Source of the DNA: Escherichia coli
GTDB taxonomy: Bacteria > Pseudomonadota > Gammaproteobacteria > Enterobacterales > Enterobacteriaceae
Assembly: GCF_003790525.1 (NCBI RefSeq)
Contig: NZ_CP033635.1
Direction: 5' to 3' (one strand)
DNA length: 64,000 nucleotides
Shown here: positions 53,661 through 62,691 of the stretch, in pieces
Layout: each line of letters begins with the position of its first letter
Position numbering within the stretch: position 1 is the first letter of the stretch
Notes under the pieces: model-generated
Seen by the model: only the letters and a program-made list of their open reading frames with translations
What the model was told of the DNA's origin: nothing
Databases searched by the model: none
Position numbers and translations under genes: made by a program

Positions 53661-54727
53661 GTACAGAAATGAAAACGGGGCTGGTGCTGTCCGGTGGCGG
53701 GGCGGTGGGCGCTTATCAGGCGGGAGTGGTTAAGGCACTGGCAGAGTGTGGTACACAGATCAGCATGGTTTCAGGGGCCAGCATTGGCGCATTCAATGGT
53801 GCCATTATCGCGGCCTCTACCGATCTGTCAGAAGCTGCCGTACGCCTGGAGGCGCTCTGGGATCATCTGGGGAATAATCAGGTGCTGTCGGTAAACAGAT
53901 TGGTTTACTTTTCATTGCTGAAAAAATTGTTCCAGGCAATGAACCTCTGCCAGATCCCCGGACGTGCAGGAGCACTGCTTACGACGCTTCTTCGCCATAT
54001 ATCGACAATCAACGGGTTTGACAATCTGATGGCTCAGCCGTTGTTGTCAGATGAGCCCCTGACAGCGCTGATGGATCATTATCTTGATACTGATGCTCTG
54101 GCAGACGGGCTACCGCTGTATGTGTCGCTGTACCCCACAGAAGGGGGCATGCAGGATATTATTGACTGCATTCGTGCTGAACTGGGTGTCGGAACCACGA
54201 AAAACGCCGTTTTTCAGCATATCCAGAGCCTGCCCCGCGGACAGCAGAAAGAGGCTCTGCTTGCGTCAGCCGCGCTGCCCCTGCTGTTCCGTCCCCGTGA
54301 GGTTCAGGGGACAATGTTCGGTGATGGTGGTATGGGAGGATGGCGAAATATGCAGGGAAATACCCCTGTGACGCCTCTGGTCGATGCCGGATGCAATATG
54401 GTGATTGTGACGCATCTGAGTGACGGTTCTTTATGGGATCGCCAGGCTTTTCCGGACACCACAATCCTTGAGATCCGTCCCCGGAAAAGGCTGAAATATG
54501 CAGGTGATGGTGGCAACAGCGGCGGTCTGCTCAGTTTTACATCGGCACATACCGACGCCTGGCGTCAGCAGGGCTATGAAGACACGATGCTGGCGATGGA
54601 GCATATCCGGAAACCGCTGGCAGCACGTCAGGCACTGACCCGGTCAGAGGCGGTATTGCAGAAAAGCCTGGATATAACGGAAGAGGCAGATTTGGCACTG
54701 AGAAACGCGATGGCCCGGATTAAATAA
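53657..54727 (+). CDS. patatin-like phospholipase
   Basis: 356 aa; oxyanion/glycine-rich loop GLVLSGGGAVGAYQAG, nucleophile elbow GASIG (Ser42), catalytic Asp motif FGDGGM; ATG overlaps upstream stop (ATGA). Confidence 0.85.
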   Translation: MSTEMKTGLVLSGGGAVGAYQAGVVKALAECGTQISMVSGASIGAFNGAIIAASTDLSEAAVRLEALWDHLGNNQVLSVNRLVYFSLLKKLFQAMNLCQIPGRAGALLTTLLRHISTINGFDNLMAQPLLSDEPLTALMDHYLDTDALADGLPLYVSLYPTEGGMQDIIDCIRAELGVGTTKNAVFQHIQSLPRGQQKEALLASAALPLLFRPREVQGTMFGDGGMGGWRNMQGNTPVTPLVDAGCNMVIVTHLSDGSLWDRQAFPDTTILEIRPRKRLKYAGDGGNSGGLLSFTSAHTDAWRQQGYEDTMLAMEHIRKPLAARQALTRSEAVLQKSLDITEEADLALRNAMARIK

Positions 54728-54859
54728 AGACGCCCCAAAGAAACGCCACCGCCTGTGGTGGTGTTTTTCCTGTCTGGTGTTATTGAAAATATTTTCAGAT
54801 ATATATTACCTGAGAGAAAGTTTTACCCCTCACCTGTCAATTCACTCACTGGAAATTTA

Positions 54860-55546
54860 ATTATGAAATTACCTGTAAAGTTATTAATGAGCCTTATATC
54901 TCTGGTCAGCGTTATTGCACGTGCCGGGGAATATAAAAATTACAGCCGGGATGAAATAAAATACTGGCGATATACATCATACAAGGGGGGGAAACTTCCG
55001 GAAGGTTTCACTGATGAGAAATTTTCCAGCGCCATTTACAACGGAAGAATATTTACAATGAAACGTTTACATACCCTTATGTTATTTCTGGCGGTTCTGT
55101 TCACGGGCTTTAACTTTAACGCAGAAGCGGCTACCGTAAAACAAGCTCTTAGTTGTAACCCGGAAGCCTGGGCTGAACAACCTGGAGCGTGTCCATCAAC
55201 GTACGAGTTGTACGAAGGTGACGCTACCTACAAAGCCGCTATCGACAAAGCATTAAAACCGGTCGGACTGAGCGGCATGTTCGGTAAAGGCGGCTATATG
55301 GATGGCCCTGGTGGAGGTATCACGCCAGTAAACATTAACGGTACAGTCTGGTTCCAGGGCGACGGTTGCAAAGCCAATACCTGCGGCTGGGACTTTATCG
55401 TAACACTCTATAACCCAAAAACCCATGAAGTTGTTGGCTACCGTTACTTTGGTTTAGATGACCCGGCCTACCTGGTTTGGTTCGGTGAAATTGGCGTGCA
55501 TGAATTCGCGTATCTGGTGAAAAACTACGTAGCTGCGGTTAACTAA
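54860..55546 (+). CDS. secreted/periplasmic protein of unknown function (possibly lysozyme-inhibitor-like); start uncertain (alternative ATG at 55060)
   Basis: in-frame ORF with two signal-peptide-like segments (MKLPVKLLMSLISLVSVIARA and MKRLHTLMLFLAVLFTGFNFNAEA); Cys-containing C-terminal domain. Confidence 0.45.
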   Translation: MMKLPVKLLMSLISLVSVIARAGEYKNYSRDEIKYWRYTSYKGGKLPEGFTDEKFSSAIYNGRIFTMKRLHTLMLFLAVLFTGFNFNAEAATVKQALSCNPEAWAEQPGACPSTYELYEGDATYKAAIDKALKPVGLSGMFGKGGYMDGPGGGITPVNINGTVWFQGDGCKANTCGWDFIVTLYNPKTHEVVGYRYFGLDDPAYLVWFGEIGVHEFAYLVKNYVAAVN

Positions 55547-55561
55547 TTTAAGGAGTCTATC

Positions 55562-55972
55562 ATGAAAACTTTTATCAAAACTTTACTCGTTGCTGTAACT
55601 ATTCTGTTCTCTGTCTTCGCTACTGCGAAACAAGTAAAACTGCCAAATAACATCAAATACGTTAATACTACAGAAGCGTTTTCCTGTACCGAAATTGACG
55701 GTATGAATTGCCAGACAAAGAATCAGTTCAACTATAAAGATAACAGCTATGTTTTCGTGCTTGAGCGTGGTGGTGCCTGGTGCTACGACTACACTGTCTC
55801 GGTAGTTAACCTGAAAACCGGGAAAGCACAAATGATTGAATACGGGGACAATCAACTGTGCTCAGGTAGCAACAAACCGTTCTTCGAAATCAAAAATGGC
55901 GTACCGACGGTAGGAGTCATCGACACATCCGGAAAACCTGTCGTTGTAGCCCAGGACAAACTTAAAATCTAA
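55562..55972 (+). CDS. small secreted protein of unknown function (signal peptide, 6 Cys)
   Basis: AAGGAG RBS; MKTFIKTLLVAVTILFSVFATA signal peptide; 136 aa. Confidence 0.6.
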   Translation: MKTFIKTLLVAVTILFSVFATAKQVKLPNNIKYVNTTEAFSCTEIDGMNCQTKNQFNYKDNSYVFVLERGGAWCYDYTVSVVNLKTGKAQMIEYGDNQLCSGSNKPFFEIKNGVPTVGVIDTSGKPVVVAQDKLKI

Positions 55973-56192
55973 GGAGTAAACCATGCGTTTCTCTGCACAT
56001 TATTAATATCAAAGGTAAATACAGCCCCAGCCATTGTTACCGGAAAGCCGCTTAATGCGTGGCTCGCCAGTGAAAGGCCTCTCAGACAATAAACCTTATT
56101 CATTTCACCCGTCAGGCCGCGTCTTCTCCGGGAGACGCGGCTTTTTTCATTTATTGCACCAGTAAATCTTAACCACCGATAAGGAGCAAAGT

Positions 56193-57013
56193 ATGCGATT
56201 AGCCAGTCGTTTTGGTTATGCTGCAAACCAGATACGCCGTGACCGTCCGCTGACACATGAAGAACTGATACGCCATGTACCCAGTATTTTTGGGGAAGAC
56301 CGGCACATCTCCCGCAGTGAACGGTATGCGTACATTCCCACCATTACCGTCCTGGAAAATCTGCAGCGGGAAGGCTTTCAGCCGTTCTTCGCCTGCCAGA
56401 CCCGTGTGCGCGACCCGGGCCGCCGGGGATACACAAAACACATGCTGCGTCTGCGGCGGGCCGGAGAGATAAACGGAGAACATGTCCCTGAAATTATTCT
56501 GCTCAACTCTCATGACGGTACCTCCAGCTACCAGATGCTGCCGGGTTACTTCAGGTTCGTCTGCCAGAACGGGTGCGTCTGTGGCCAGTCTCTGGGGAAG
56601 TGCGTGTTCCACACCGGGGAAATGTAGTGGAGAAAGTTATCGAAGGGGCTTACGAGGTGGTGGGCGTGTTTGACCGGATAGAGGAGAAGCGTGATGCCAT
56701 GCAGTCGCTGGTCCTGCCGCCACCGGCACGCCAGGCGCTGGCACAGGCGGCACTGACTTACCGTTATGGTGACGAACATCAGCCCGTCACCACCGCCGAC
56801 ATTCTGACGCCGCGACGCCGGGAGGATTACGGTAAGGACCTGTGGAGCGCATATCAGACCATCCAGGAGAATATGCTGAAAGGCGGGATTTCCGGTCGCA
56901 GTGCCAGAGGAAAACGTATCCATACCCGGGCCATTCACAGCATTGATACCGACATTAAGCTCAATCGCGCATTGTGGGTGATGGCAGAAACGATGCTGGA
57001 GAGCCTGCGCTGA
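56193..57013 (+). pseudogene. DUF932 (YfjQ/YafZ-family) gene, frameshifted
   Basis: two overlapping ORFs (56193-56627, 56573-57013) in different frames; LLNSHDGTSSYQ motif. Confidence 0.6.
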
Positions 57014-57094
57014 TGCCGTTTCCCTGAGTGAGGGAATCATTCAGCTTTCGTTCCTGAAAAACACACATTTATTTGTTATTTAAGGAGTTATCTC

Positions 57095-57574
57095 ATGAAA
57101 ACCGTTTCTCAGAATACCCCCACAATTTATTCAGCTACAACACCAGAGAATAATCCGCCTCAGTTGGTTGCCAGCCTCGTCCCTGATGAACAGCGCATCA
57201 GCTTCTGGCCGCAGCATTTTGGCCTCATTCCACAGTGGGTGACCCTGGAGCCCCGTGTCTTCGGCTGGATGGACCGTCTGTGCGAAGACTACTGCGGTGG
57301 TATCTGGAATCTGTACACCCTGAACAACGGCGGGGCATTTATGGTACCCGAACCGGATGACGATGATGACGAAACATGGGTACTGTTCAATGTCATGAAC
57401 GGTAACCGCGCTGAAATGAGCCCGGAAGCCGCCGGCATTGCTGCCTGTCTGATGACGTACAGTCATCATGCCTGTCGTACAGAGTGTTATGCCATGACGG
57501 TCCATTATTACCGGCTGCGGGATTACGCCCTGCAGCATCCGGAATGCAGCGCCATTATGCGCATCATCGACTGA
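57095..57574 (+). CDS. antirestriction protein (KlcA/ArdB-like, YfjX family)
   Basis: 159 aa; GGIWNLYTLNNGGAFM and acidic DDDDDE patch typical of CP4-island antirestriction proteins. Confidence 0.75.
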   Translation: MKTVSQNTPTIYSATTPENNPPQLVASLVPDEQRISFWPQHFGLIPQWVTLEPRVFGWMDRLCEDYCGGIWNLYTLNNGGAFMVPEPDDDDDETWVLFNVMNGNRAEMSPEAAGIAACLMTYSHHACRTECYAMTVHYYRLRDYALQHPECSAIMRIID

Positions 57575-58066
57575 ATGGAGAGAAGCACAATGCAACAACT
57601 TTCCTTTCTGCCAGGAGAGATGACGCCCGGCGAGCGCAGCCTCATTCTGCGGGCCCTGAAAACCCTGGACCGCCATCTTCATGAACCCGGCGTGCCCTTC
57701 ACCTCCACCCGTGCGGCACGGGAATGGCTGATTCTGAACATGGCGGGACTGGAGCGTGAAGAATTCCGGGTGCTGTATCTGAATAACCAGAATCAGCTGA
57801 TTGCCGGTGAAACCCTCTTCACCGGCACCATCAACCGCACGGAAGTCCATCCCCGGGAAGTGATTAAACGCGCCCTGTATCACAATGCCGCTGCCGTGGT
57901 GCTGGCACACAATCACCCGTCCGGTGAAGTCACACCCAGCAAGGCAGACTGCCTTATCACGGAACGTCTGGTACAGGCACTGGGCCTGGTGGATATCCGG
58001 GTGCCGGACCATCTGATAGTCGGTGGCAACCAGGTTTTCTCCTTTGCCGAACATGGTCTGCTTTAA
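57575..58066 (+). CDS. RadC-like JAB-domain protein (YeeS/YfjY family)
   Basis: JAMM-like motif HNHPSGEVTPSKAD. Confidence 0.8.
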   Translation: MERSTMQQLSFLPGEMTPGERSLILRALKTLDRHLHEPGVPFTSTRAAREWLILNMAGLEREEFRVLYLNNQNQLIAGETLFTGTINRTEVHPREVIKRALYHNAAAVVLAHNHPSGEVTPSKADCLITERLVQALGLVDIRVPDHLIVGGNQVFSFAEHGLL

Positions 58067-58128
58067 CCCGTCACAACCACATCACACCTGTTTTCACTTT
58101 TATCTTCTGTCTTCAGAGGTATCCCATT

Positions 58129-58350
58129 ATGAAAATTATCACCCGTGGCGAAGCCATGCGTATTCACCGTCAGCATCCGGCATCCCGTCTTTTTTCGTTC
58201 TGTACCGGCAAATACCGCTGGCACGGCAGTGCTGAGGTTTATACCGGTCGTGAAGTGCAGGATATTCCCGGTGTGCTGGCCGTGTTTGCCGAACGCCGTA
58301 AGGACAGTTTTGGTCCGTATGTCCGGCTGATGAGCGTCACCCTGAACTGA
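58129..58350 (+). CDS. yeeT: DUF987 protein (YeeT family)
   Basis: 73 aa; position between RadC-like and cbeA as in CP4-44. Confidence 0.65.
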   Translation: MKIITRGEAMRIHRQHPASRLFSFCTGKYRWHGSAEVYTGREVQDIPGVLAVFAERRKDSFGPYVRLMSVTLN

Positions 58351-58423
58351 GTGGGAATTCTGATGAGCAGAATTATCGCCACTACCGGACCATTCTTAGC
58401 CGATTTTCTGTAAGGATTTTATC

Positions 58424-58792
58424 GTGTCAGACACACTCCCCGGGACAACACTTCCCGACGACAATCACGACCGCCCCTGGTGGGGGCTGCCCTGCACCGT
58501 GACGCCCTGTTTCGGGGCACGTCTGGTGCAGGAGGGTAACCGCCTGCATTACCTTGCCGACCGCGCCGGTATCAGAGGCCTGTTCAGCGATGCAGATGCG
58601 TACCACCTGGACCAGGCCTTTCCGCTGCTGATGAAACAACTGGAACTCATGCTCACCAGCGGTGAACTGAATCCCCGCCATCAGCATACCGTCACGCTGT
58701 ATGCAAAAGGGCTGACCTGCAAAGCCGATACCCTCAGCAGTTGTGGTTACGTTTATCTGGCTGTTTATCCGACGCCCGAAATGAAAAATTAA
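58424..58792 (+). CDS. cbeA: type IV antitoxin CbeA (YeeU), cytoskeleton bundling-enhancing factor
   Basis: 122 aa; sequence matches YeeU as recalled (MSDTLPGTTLPDDNHDRPWWGLPCTVTPCFGARLVQEGNRLHYLADRAG..). Confidence 0.85.
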   Translation: MSDTLPGTTLPDDNHDRPWWGLPCTVTPCFGARLVQEGNRLHYLADRAGIRGLFSDADAYHLDQAFPLLMKQLELMLTSGELNPRHQHTVTLYAKGLTCKADTLSSCGYVYLAVYPTPEMKN

Positions 58793-58880
58793 CTCTCCAG
58801 AATAGCCTTCTGCTACGGCCTGGTGTTTTCACCACGCCACTTTTCCATTTTTATATCTGCATATCAGGAAAATCTTCAGT

Positions 58881-59254
58881 ATGAAAACATTACCTGTATT
58901 ACCCGGGCAGGCGGCCAGTTCTCGCCCGTCTCCTGTTGAAATCTGGCAGATACTGCTGTCCCGACTGCTGGACCAGCACTATGGCCTCACACAGAATGAC
59001 ACACCTTTTGCCGATGAACGTGTGATTGAGCAGCATATTGAGGCAGGCATTTCACTGTGTGATGCGGTGAACTTTCTCGTGGAAAAATACGCGCTGGTGC
59101 TACCGACCAGCCGGGATTCAGCGCCTGTACCCGCTCTCAGTTAATAAACAGCATCGATATCCTCCGGGCTCGCAGGGCGACCGGCCTGATGACCCGCGAC
59201 AATTACAGAACGGTAAATAACATTACCCTGGGTAAGTATCCGGAGGCGAAATGA
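58881..59254 (+). pseudogene. cbtA: type IV toxin CbtA (YeeV), inactivated by a 1-bp frameshift near codon 73
   Basis: N-terminal 72 aa match YeeV; ORF then reads [14 protein letters not shown] while the +1 frame encodes the expected INSIDILRARRATGLMTRDNYRTVNNITLGKYPEAK C-terminus. Confidence 0.8.
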
Positions 59255-59445
59255 TGACACTGGAAGCCGACAGCGTTAACGTACAGGCGCTGGATATGGG
59301 GCACATTGTCGTTGACATTGATGGTGTTAATATCACTGAACTGATTAATAAGGCCGCTGAAAACGGTTATTCACTCCGCGTGGTGGATGACCGTGACTCT
59401 ACCGAAACACCGGCAACTTATGCCAGCCCTCACCAGTTGCTGTAA
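59251..59445 (+). CDS. yeeW: YeeW-like small protein
   Basis: 64-aa ORF overlapping the cbtA stop (ATGA), as in CP4-44. Confidence 0.6.
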   Translation: MMTLEADSVNVQALDMGHIVVDIDGVNITELINKAAENGYSLRVVDDRDSTETPATYASPHQLL

Positions 59446-59828
59446 GACAATGCAGTGATGCAGGGTATAGTGCCATTAACCACAGAAACAGCACTGTTGT
59501 CCTGTATTAAGCAGGCAAGAGAAGATGTCCTTACCCTGCGCCATCTGCAGCTTCTGCACCAGAACCGGTGAATCTCACTCAACAGGCTTCATTTCCCCTG
59601 ACGCCAGCCTGAATACAGCTGGCGTTTTCATTTATAAACAGAAAGGAAAACCGATAATAATGGAATGGACGCCCCGACCATGAAGCAACGGTAGGATATT
59701 ACTGATAAACCTTCCAGTGGAGGTGCGTTATGGCCGTTTTAACGATTAGCATTGACCTGACAAAAAATGAATTCCAAATCCACGGTCTGGGTAGGAACAG
59801 AAAAATCTAAGCTCAGAAAACGGATTAA

Positions 59829-60010
59829 AGTAAGCGTCAACGGAGCACCATATTGACGCTTATTTATTGGTGAGAACTACGTTCCATGGCAGGAGTTCGT
59901 CAACACGGTTGGAGGGCCATTCCGGCAGTATGCTCAGAATATGGCGCAGATACGCTTCCGGATCGATACCGTTCAGACGGCAGGTGCCTGCTTTTCCGGC
60001 AACAAGCAGG
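59829..60010 (-). mobile_element. IS66-family right-end fragment (transposase C-terminal about 45 codons plus terminal sequence)
   Basis: about 90% identical to revcomp of 33590-33670; minus-strand translation GIDPEAYLRHILSILPEWPSNRVDELLPWN. Confidence 0.7.
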
Positions 60011-60014
60011 AATC

Positions 60015-60242
60015 TCAGCGCTGAAGCAGGAATTAGAGGTAAAAACGCCCTACCGGGCCATGAATCACCCGGTCATTGGAGTAGTAACCAAAGCAGATTT
60101 AGCCAGCATGGAACAAATATCTTTGGTGAAATGTTGGTTACGGGAAGCTGGAGCGCACAACGTGTTAGTAACCAGTGCGGTTAATAACAATGGAGTTACA
60201 GAACTTTTTGCCTTGCTGCATACAGAAGAAGGCTGCCGCTAA
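60015..60242 (+). pseudogene. yoeF: yoeF-like pseudogene (C-terminal fragment of a EutP/PduV-type GTPase), truncated by the IS66 fragment
   Basis: translation VIGVVTKADLASMEQISLVKCWLREAGAHNVLVTSAVNNNGVTELFALL resembles EutP/PduV C-terminus; sits next to yeeX as in K-12. Confidence 0.6.
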
Positions 60243-60342
60243 TTTCGATAGGTTCTCAGATGAGAATGATGACGGTGATACACAGATAAGAATCAATGAG
60301 CAATGAGGGTTGCCGGGCAACCCTCATTGAATAAAACAGGAA

Positions 60343-60672
60343 TTACTTCGCTTCGCCGTTTTTCATTTCGCCCATAGCTTTCAGCTTTTTGGAGATATCG
60401 CGGCGTTCTTTGGAGAGCTCGGCATTTTTGATGATGTAATCGTCAACGCGATCTTCATAGTCACCTTTCATGCTGGCGATGATGCCCTGGATTGCTTCAA
60501 CGCTCATCCCTGGCTTGATGTAATCGCTCAGGTTGTCCAGCAACAGGACGCGCTTCTGGTTGTCACGGATCTTTTTCTCAACGTCCTGAATTTCACGTTG
60601 CAGTTTGTTCTTACGACGGAACAGACGAACAAATTCCAGTACGTCCTGGAATGAAGGCTTGGTAGTTTCCAT
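60343..60672 (-). CDS. yeeX: DUF496-family protein YeeX
   Basis: 109 aa from [30 protein letters not shown]; conserved core gene. Confidence 0.85.
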   Translation of the reverse strand: METTKPSFQDVLEFVRLFRRKNKLQREIQDVEKKIRDNQKRVLLLDNLSDYIKPGMSVEAIQGIIASMKGDYEDRVDDYIIKNAELSKERRDISKKLKAMGEMKNGEAK

Positions 60673-60843
60673 TTTTATACCCCTGATAATGTGAGAGTCG
60701 GATTCGTTTAAGCAACCGCTATTCGATAGGGCCAACATTACTCATAGCTGCCGCAGATGACAATGCTTTTATCCCTTTTCACTATCATACCCTTTATCCT
60801 TGCTGAATCGAAGCAGCAGCAAGATGATTCTGAAGTTCAGGAA

Positions 60844-61902
60844 TTATTTGCGCAAGGCCCGGCAAATCAGATTCGATAGCAACTCAAGCTGATGCGCCGT
60901 TTCCATGTTCAGCCACACATAACCATAGATTGGTGTTTCCACAACCTTCAGGTCATGGTGGTTATTAAGCAACAGACGCAGCTCTTCCACAGCATCGTTC
61001 AATTTTTCCGTATTGGCAAAAACCGGCTGCGGATTACCTTCGTACAGCGCATGAACAAGGCTCAGCAGTATTTGCTGCATCATGTGCTGGGTATCACGAA
61101 GTTTTTGCGCGTTCAATAACACGAAATGGCTGGGGCGCGTGGCCCAGTATGCATTGATTTGCAACTCCAGCATACAAACCAGATTGCGGTTAATGGTCTG
61201 GATACCTTCATATATCGATTTTGGAATACGGGTTTCTTTGCTGGCGGGCGCAATCAGCCCACGCATTTTCACGGCATCGGTCAGCAGTTTTTGTAGATGG
61301 CTTTCCAGACGTGGGCGTTCGAGTAAGTTCGGTGAGAATGCAGATTGATAGACCCGATTATACTCGGTCAGACTTTTCGCCAGTTGAATGCGCCAGTGGA
61401 TGAACGCCCGTTGTGGCCAGATACCGGTAAACAACATTGCCAGTAAAGAGCCGAGGATCACATCGCCGCTTCGCCATAACGCCGTATCAATTTCACCTGT
61501 CGGGGAACCCACAACAATTGCCAGCGTCACCCCAATCAATAATCCTTGATACGGTTTCTTGCCCAGCGCCAGCCAACCGCAAAGAAACATCGCCGCCGCG
61601 CACCAGACTAACATCAGCGGTAACGAAATTAACTCCAGTTGCAGAGCGATAAGACCTAAAATCGAACCCAACACCGTACCGCCAATACGTTCGAAGGCAC
61701 GAGGGACAACGTTCCCCCAGAACGAGATTGGCCCCATAATCACCACCATGGTGACCAGCGGCCAGGTGCTTTCCGGGATAGTAAACAGGCGGATAATGAG
61801 AAAAGTGAGCAGGAATGCCAGCGCGACCCGAGTACCATGCACAATGCGGTAATGGCGGTATACCCGGATTTCAAACGGGCTTAATGACTTATCGGCACGC
61901 AC
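60844..61902 (-). CDS. yeeA: inner membrane protein YeeA (FUSC-like)
   Basis: 352-aa membrane protein in conserved yeeX-yeeA-sbmC-dacD order. Confidence 0.8.
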   Translation of the reverse strand: MRADKSLSPFEIRVYRHYRIVHGTRVALAFLLTFLIIRLFTIPESTWPLVTMVVIMGPISFWGNVVPRAFERIGGTVLGSILGLIALQLELISLPLMLVWCAAAMFLCGWLALGKKPYQGLLIGVTLAIVVGSPTGEIDTALWRSGDVILGSLLAMLFTGIWPQRAFIHWRIQLAKSLTEYNRVYQSAFSPNLLERPRLESHLQKLLTDAVKMRGLIAPASKETRIPKSIYEGIQTINRNLVCMLELQINAYWATRPSHFVLLNAQKLRDTQHMMQQILLSLVHALYEGNPQPVFANTEKLNDAVEELRLLLNNHHDLKVVETPIYGYVWLNMETAHQLELLSNLICRALRK

Positions 61903-62099
61903 GCAGAAACTCCGTAATGAAGATTAAAAGCGCTCATAACACATCTGTCGGCCAGAAGGCGCGCCTCTGAGTTATCCGACGGACATACCGGGAACAGTGT
62001 AATTTCCCGGCAGGAGCGAAAAATTTGAAAGGCGCATCTTACTCTTTTCGCTTTCAAAAAAAGAGTGGTCTTCGCGTCAACACACCGCCCTGAGATGAA

Positions 62100-62573
62100 T
62101 TAGTGATGTTTTGGCTGCACCGCAACATACATTTCGATATCCCAGTACCCATCTTCCGCGCCATTGTTCAAGTAAACCTCGAAGCAGGGCTTTGGTAACA
62201 TTTCATAGGCACTGTCCTGCAAGAGGCTATTAAAGAACTGATACCAGGGTTTAGCAAAATCATCACCGACTACACGAGCCACCGCCACCGCATACTGACC
62301 ACCTGAAATTTCTGTCAGAATGACGCCCTCACTGTTTTCGGGGAGCGTAAAGTTATTCGGCACCGTCACGACGGTGTCGCAGCGTAATTTTTCGGCGGGT
62401 GTTTCATCTGGATTGTCGTAATAGACAGCAACCCACTCCTTCGGCACAATATTTTTGCTATCTATCCACATCATCAACTGCTCAAAGCCTTTCTTTACCG
62501 TCTGTTCCCACGGGCCAACGAGATGGAAACCTGCAACGGTACGTTTATCTTCCTGCTTAATCTCGTAGTTCAT
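62100..62573 (-). CDS. sbmC: DNA gyrase inhibitor SbmC (GyrI)
   Basis: 157 aa; [25 protein letters not shown] matches SbmC as recalled. Confidence 0.88.
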   Translation of the reverse strand: MNYEIKQEDKRTVAGFHLVGPWEQTVKKGFEQLMMWIDSKNIVPKEWVAVYYDNPDETPAEKLRCDTVVTVPNNFTLPENSEGVILTEISGGQYAVAVARVVGDDFAKPWYQFFNSLLQDSAYEMLPKPCFEVYLNNGAEDGYWDIEMYVAVQPKHH

Positions 62574-62691
62574 GACGCCCCCATTAATACTGTTTTTATA
62601 TACAGTATAGTTGCAATATTAAAACCACAAGGAATGAGTGTTGATTATGCGAGCAGACTCGCACTCCTGCCAGTCTGCTGCAAAAGAAAGG

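Larger units (their letters stand above)
39900..59830. mobile_element. CP4-44/CP4-57-like prophage-remnant genomic island (integrase not found); boundaries approximate
   Basis: gene content typical of E. coli CP4 cryptic elements: YfjJ/YagK-like, alpA, YeeP-family GTPase, DUF932, antirestriction, RadC-like, yeeT, cbeA-cbtA, yeeW, followed by yoeF-yeeX-yeeA-sbmC-dacD as in K-12. Confidence 0.65.

Noticed and set aside
57131-58054. 307-aa minus-strand ORF overlapping the antirestriction and RadC-like genes
   Set aside because: Antisense to two well-supported plus-strand genes with recognisable motifs; no RBS or motif of its own; typical long antisense ORF in GC-rich coding DNA.
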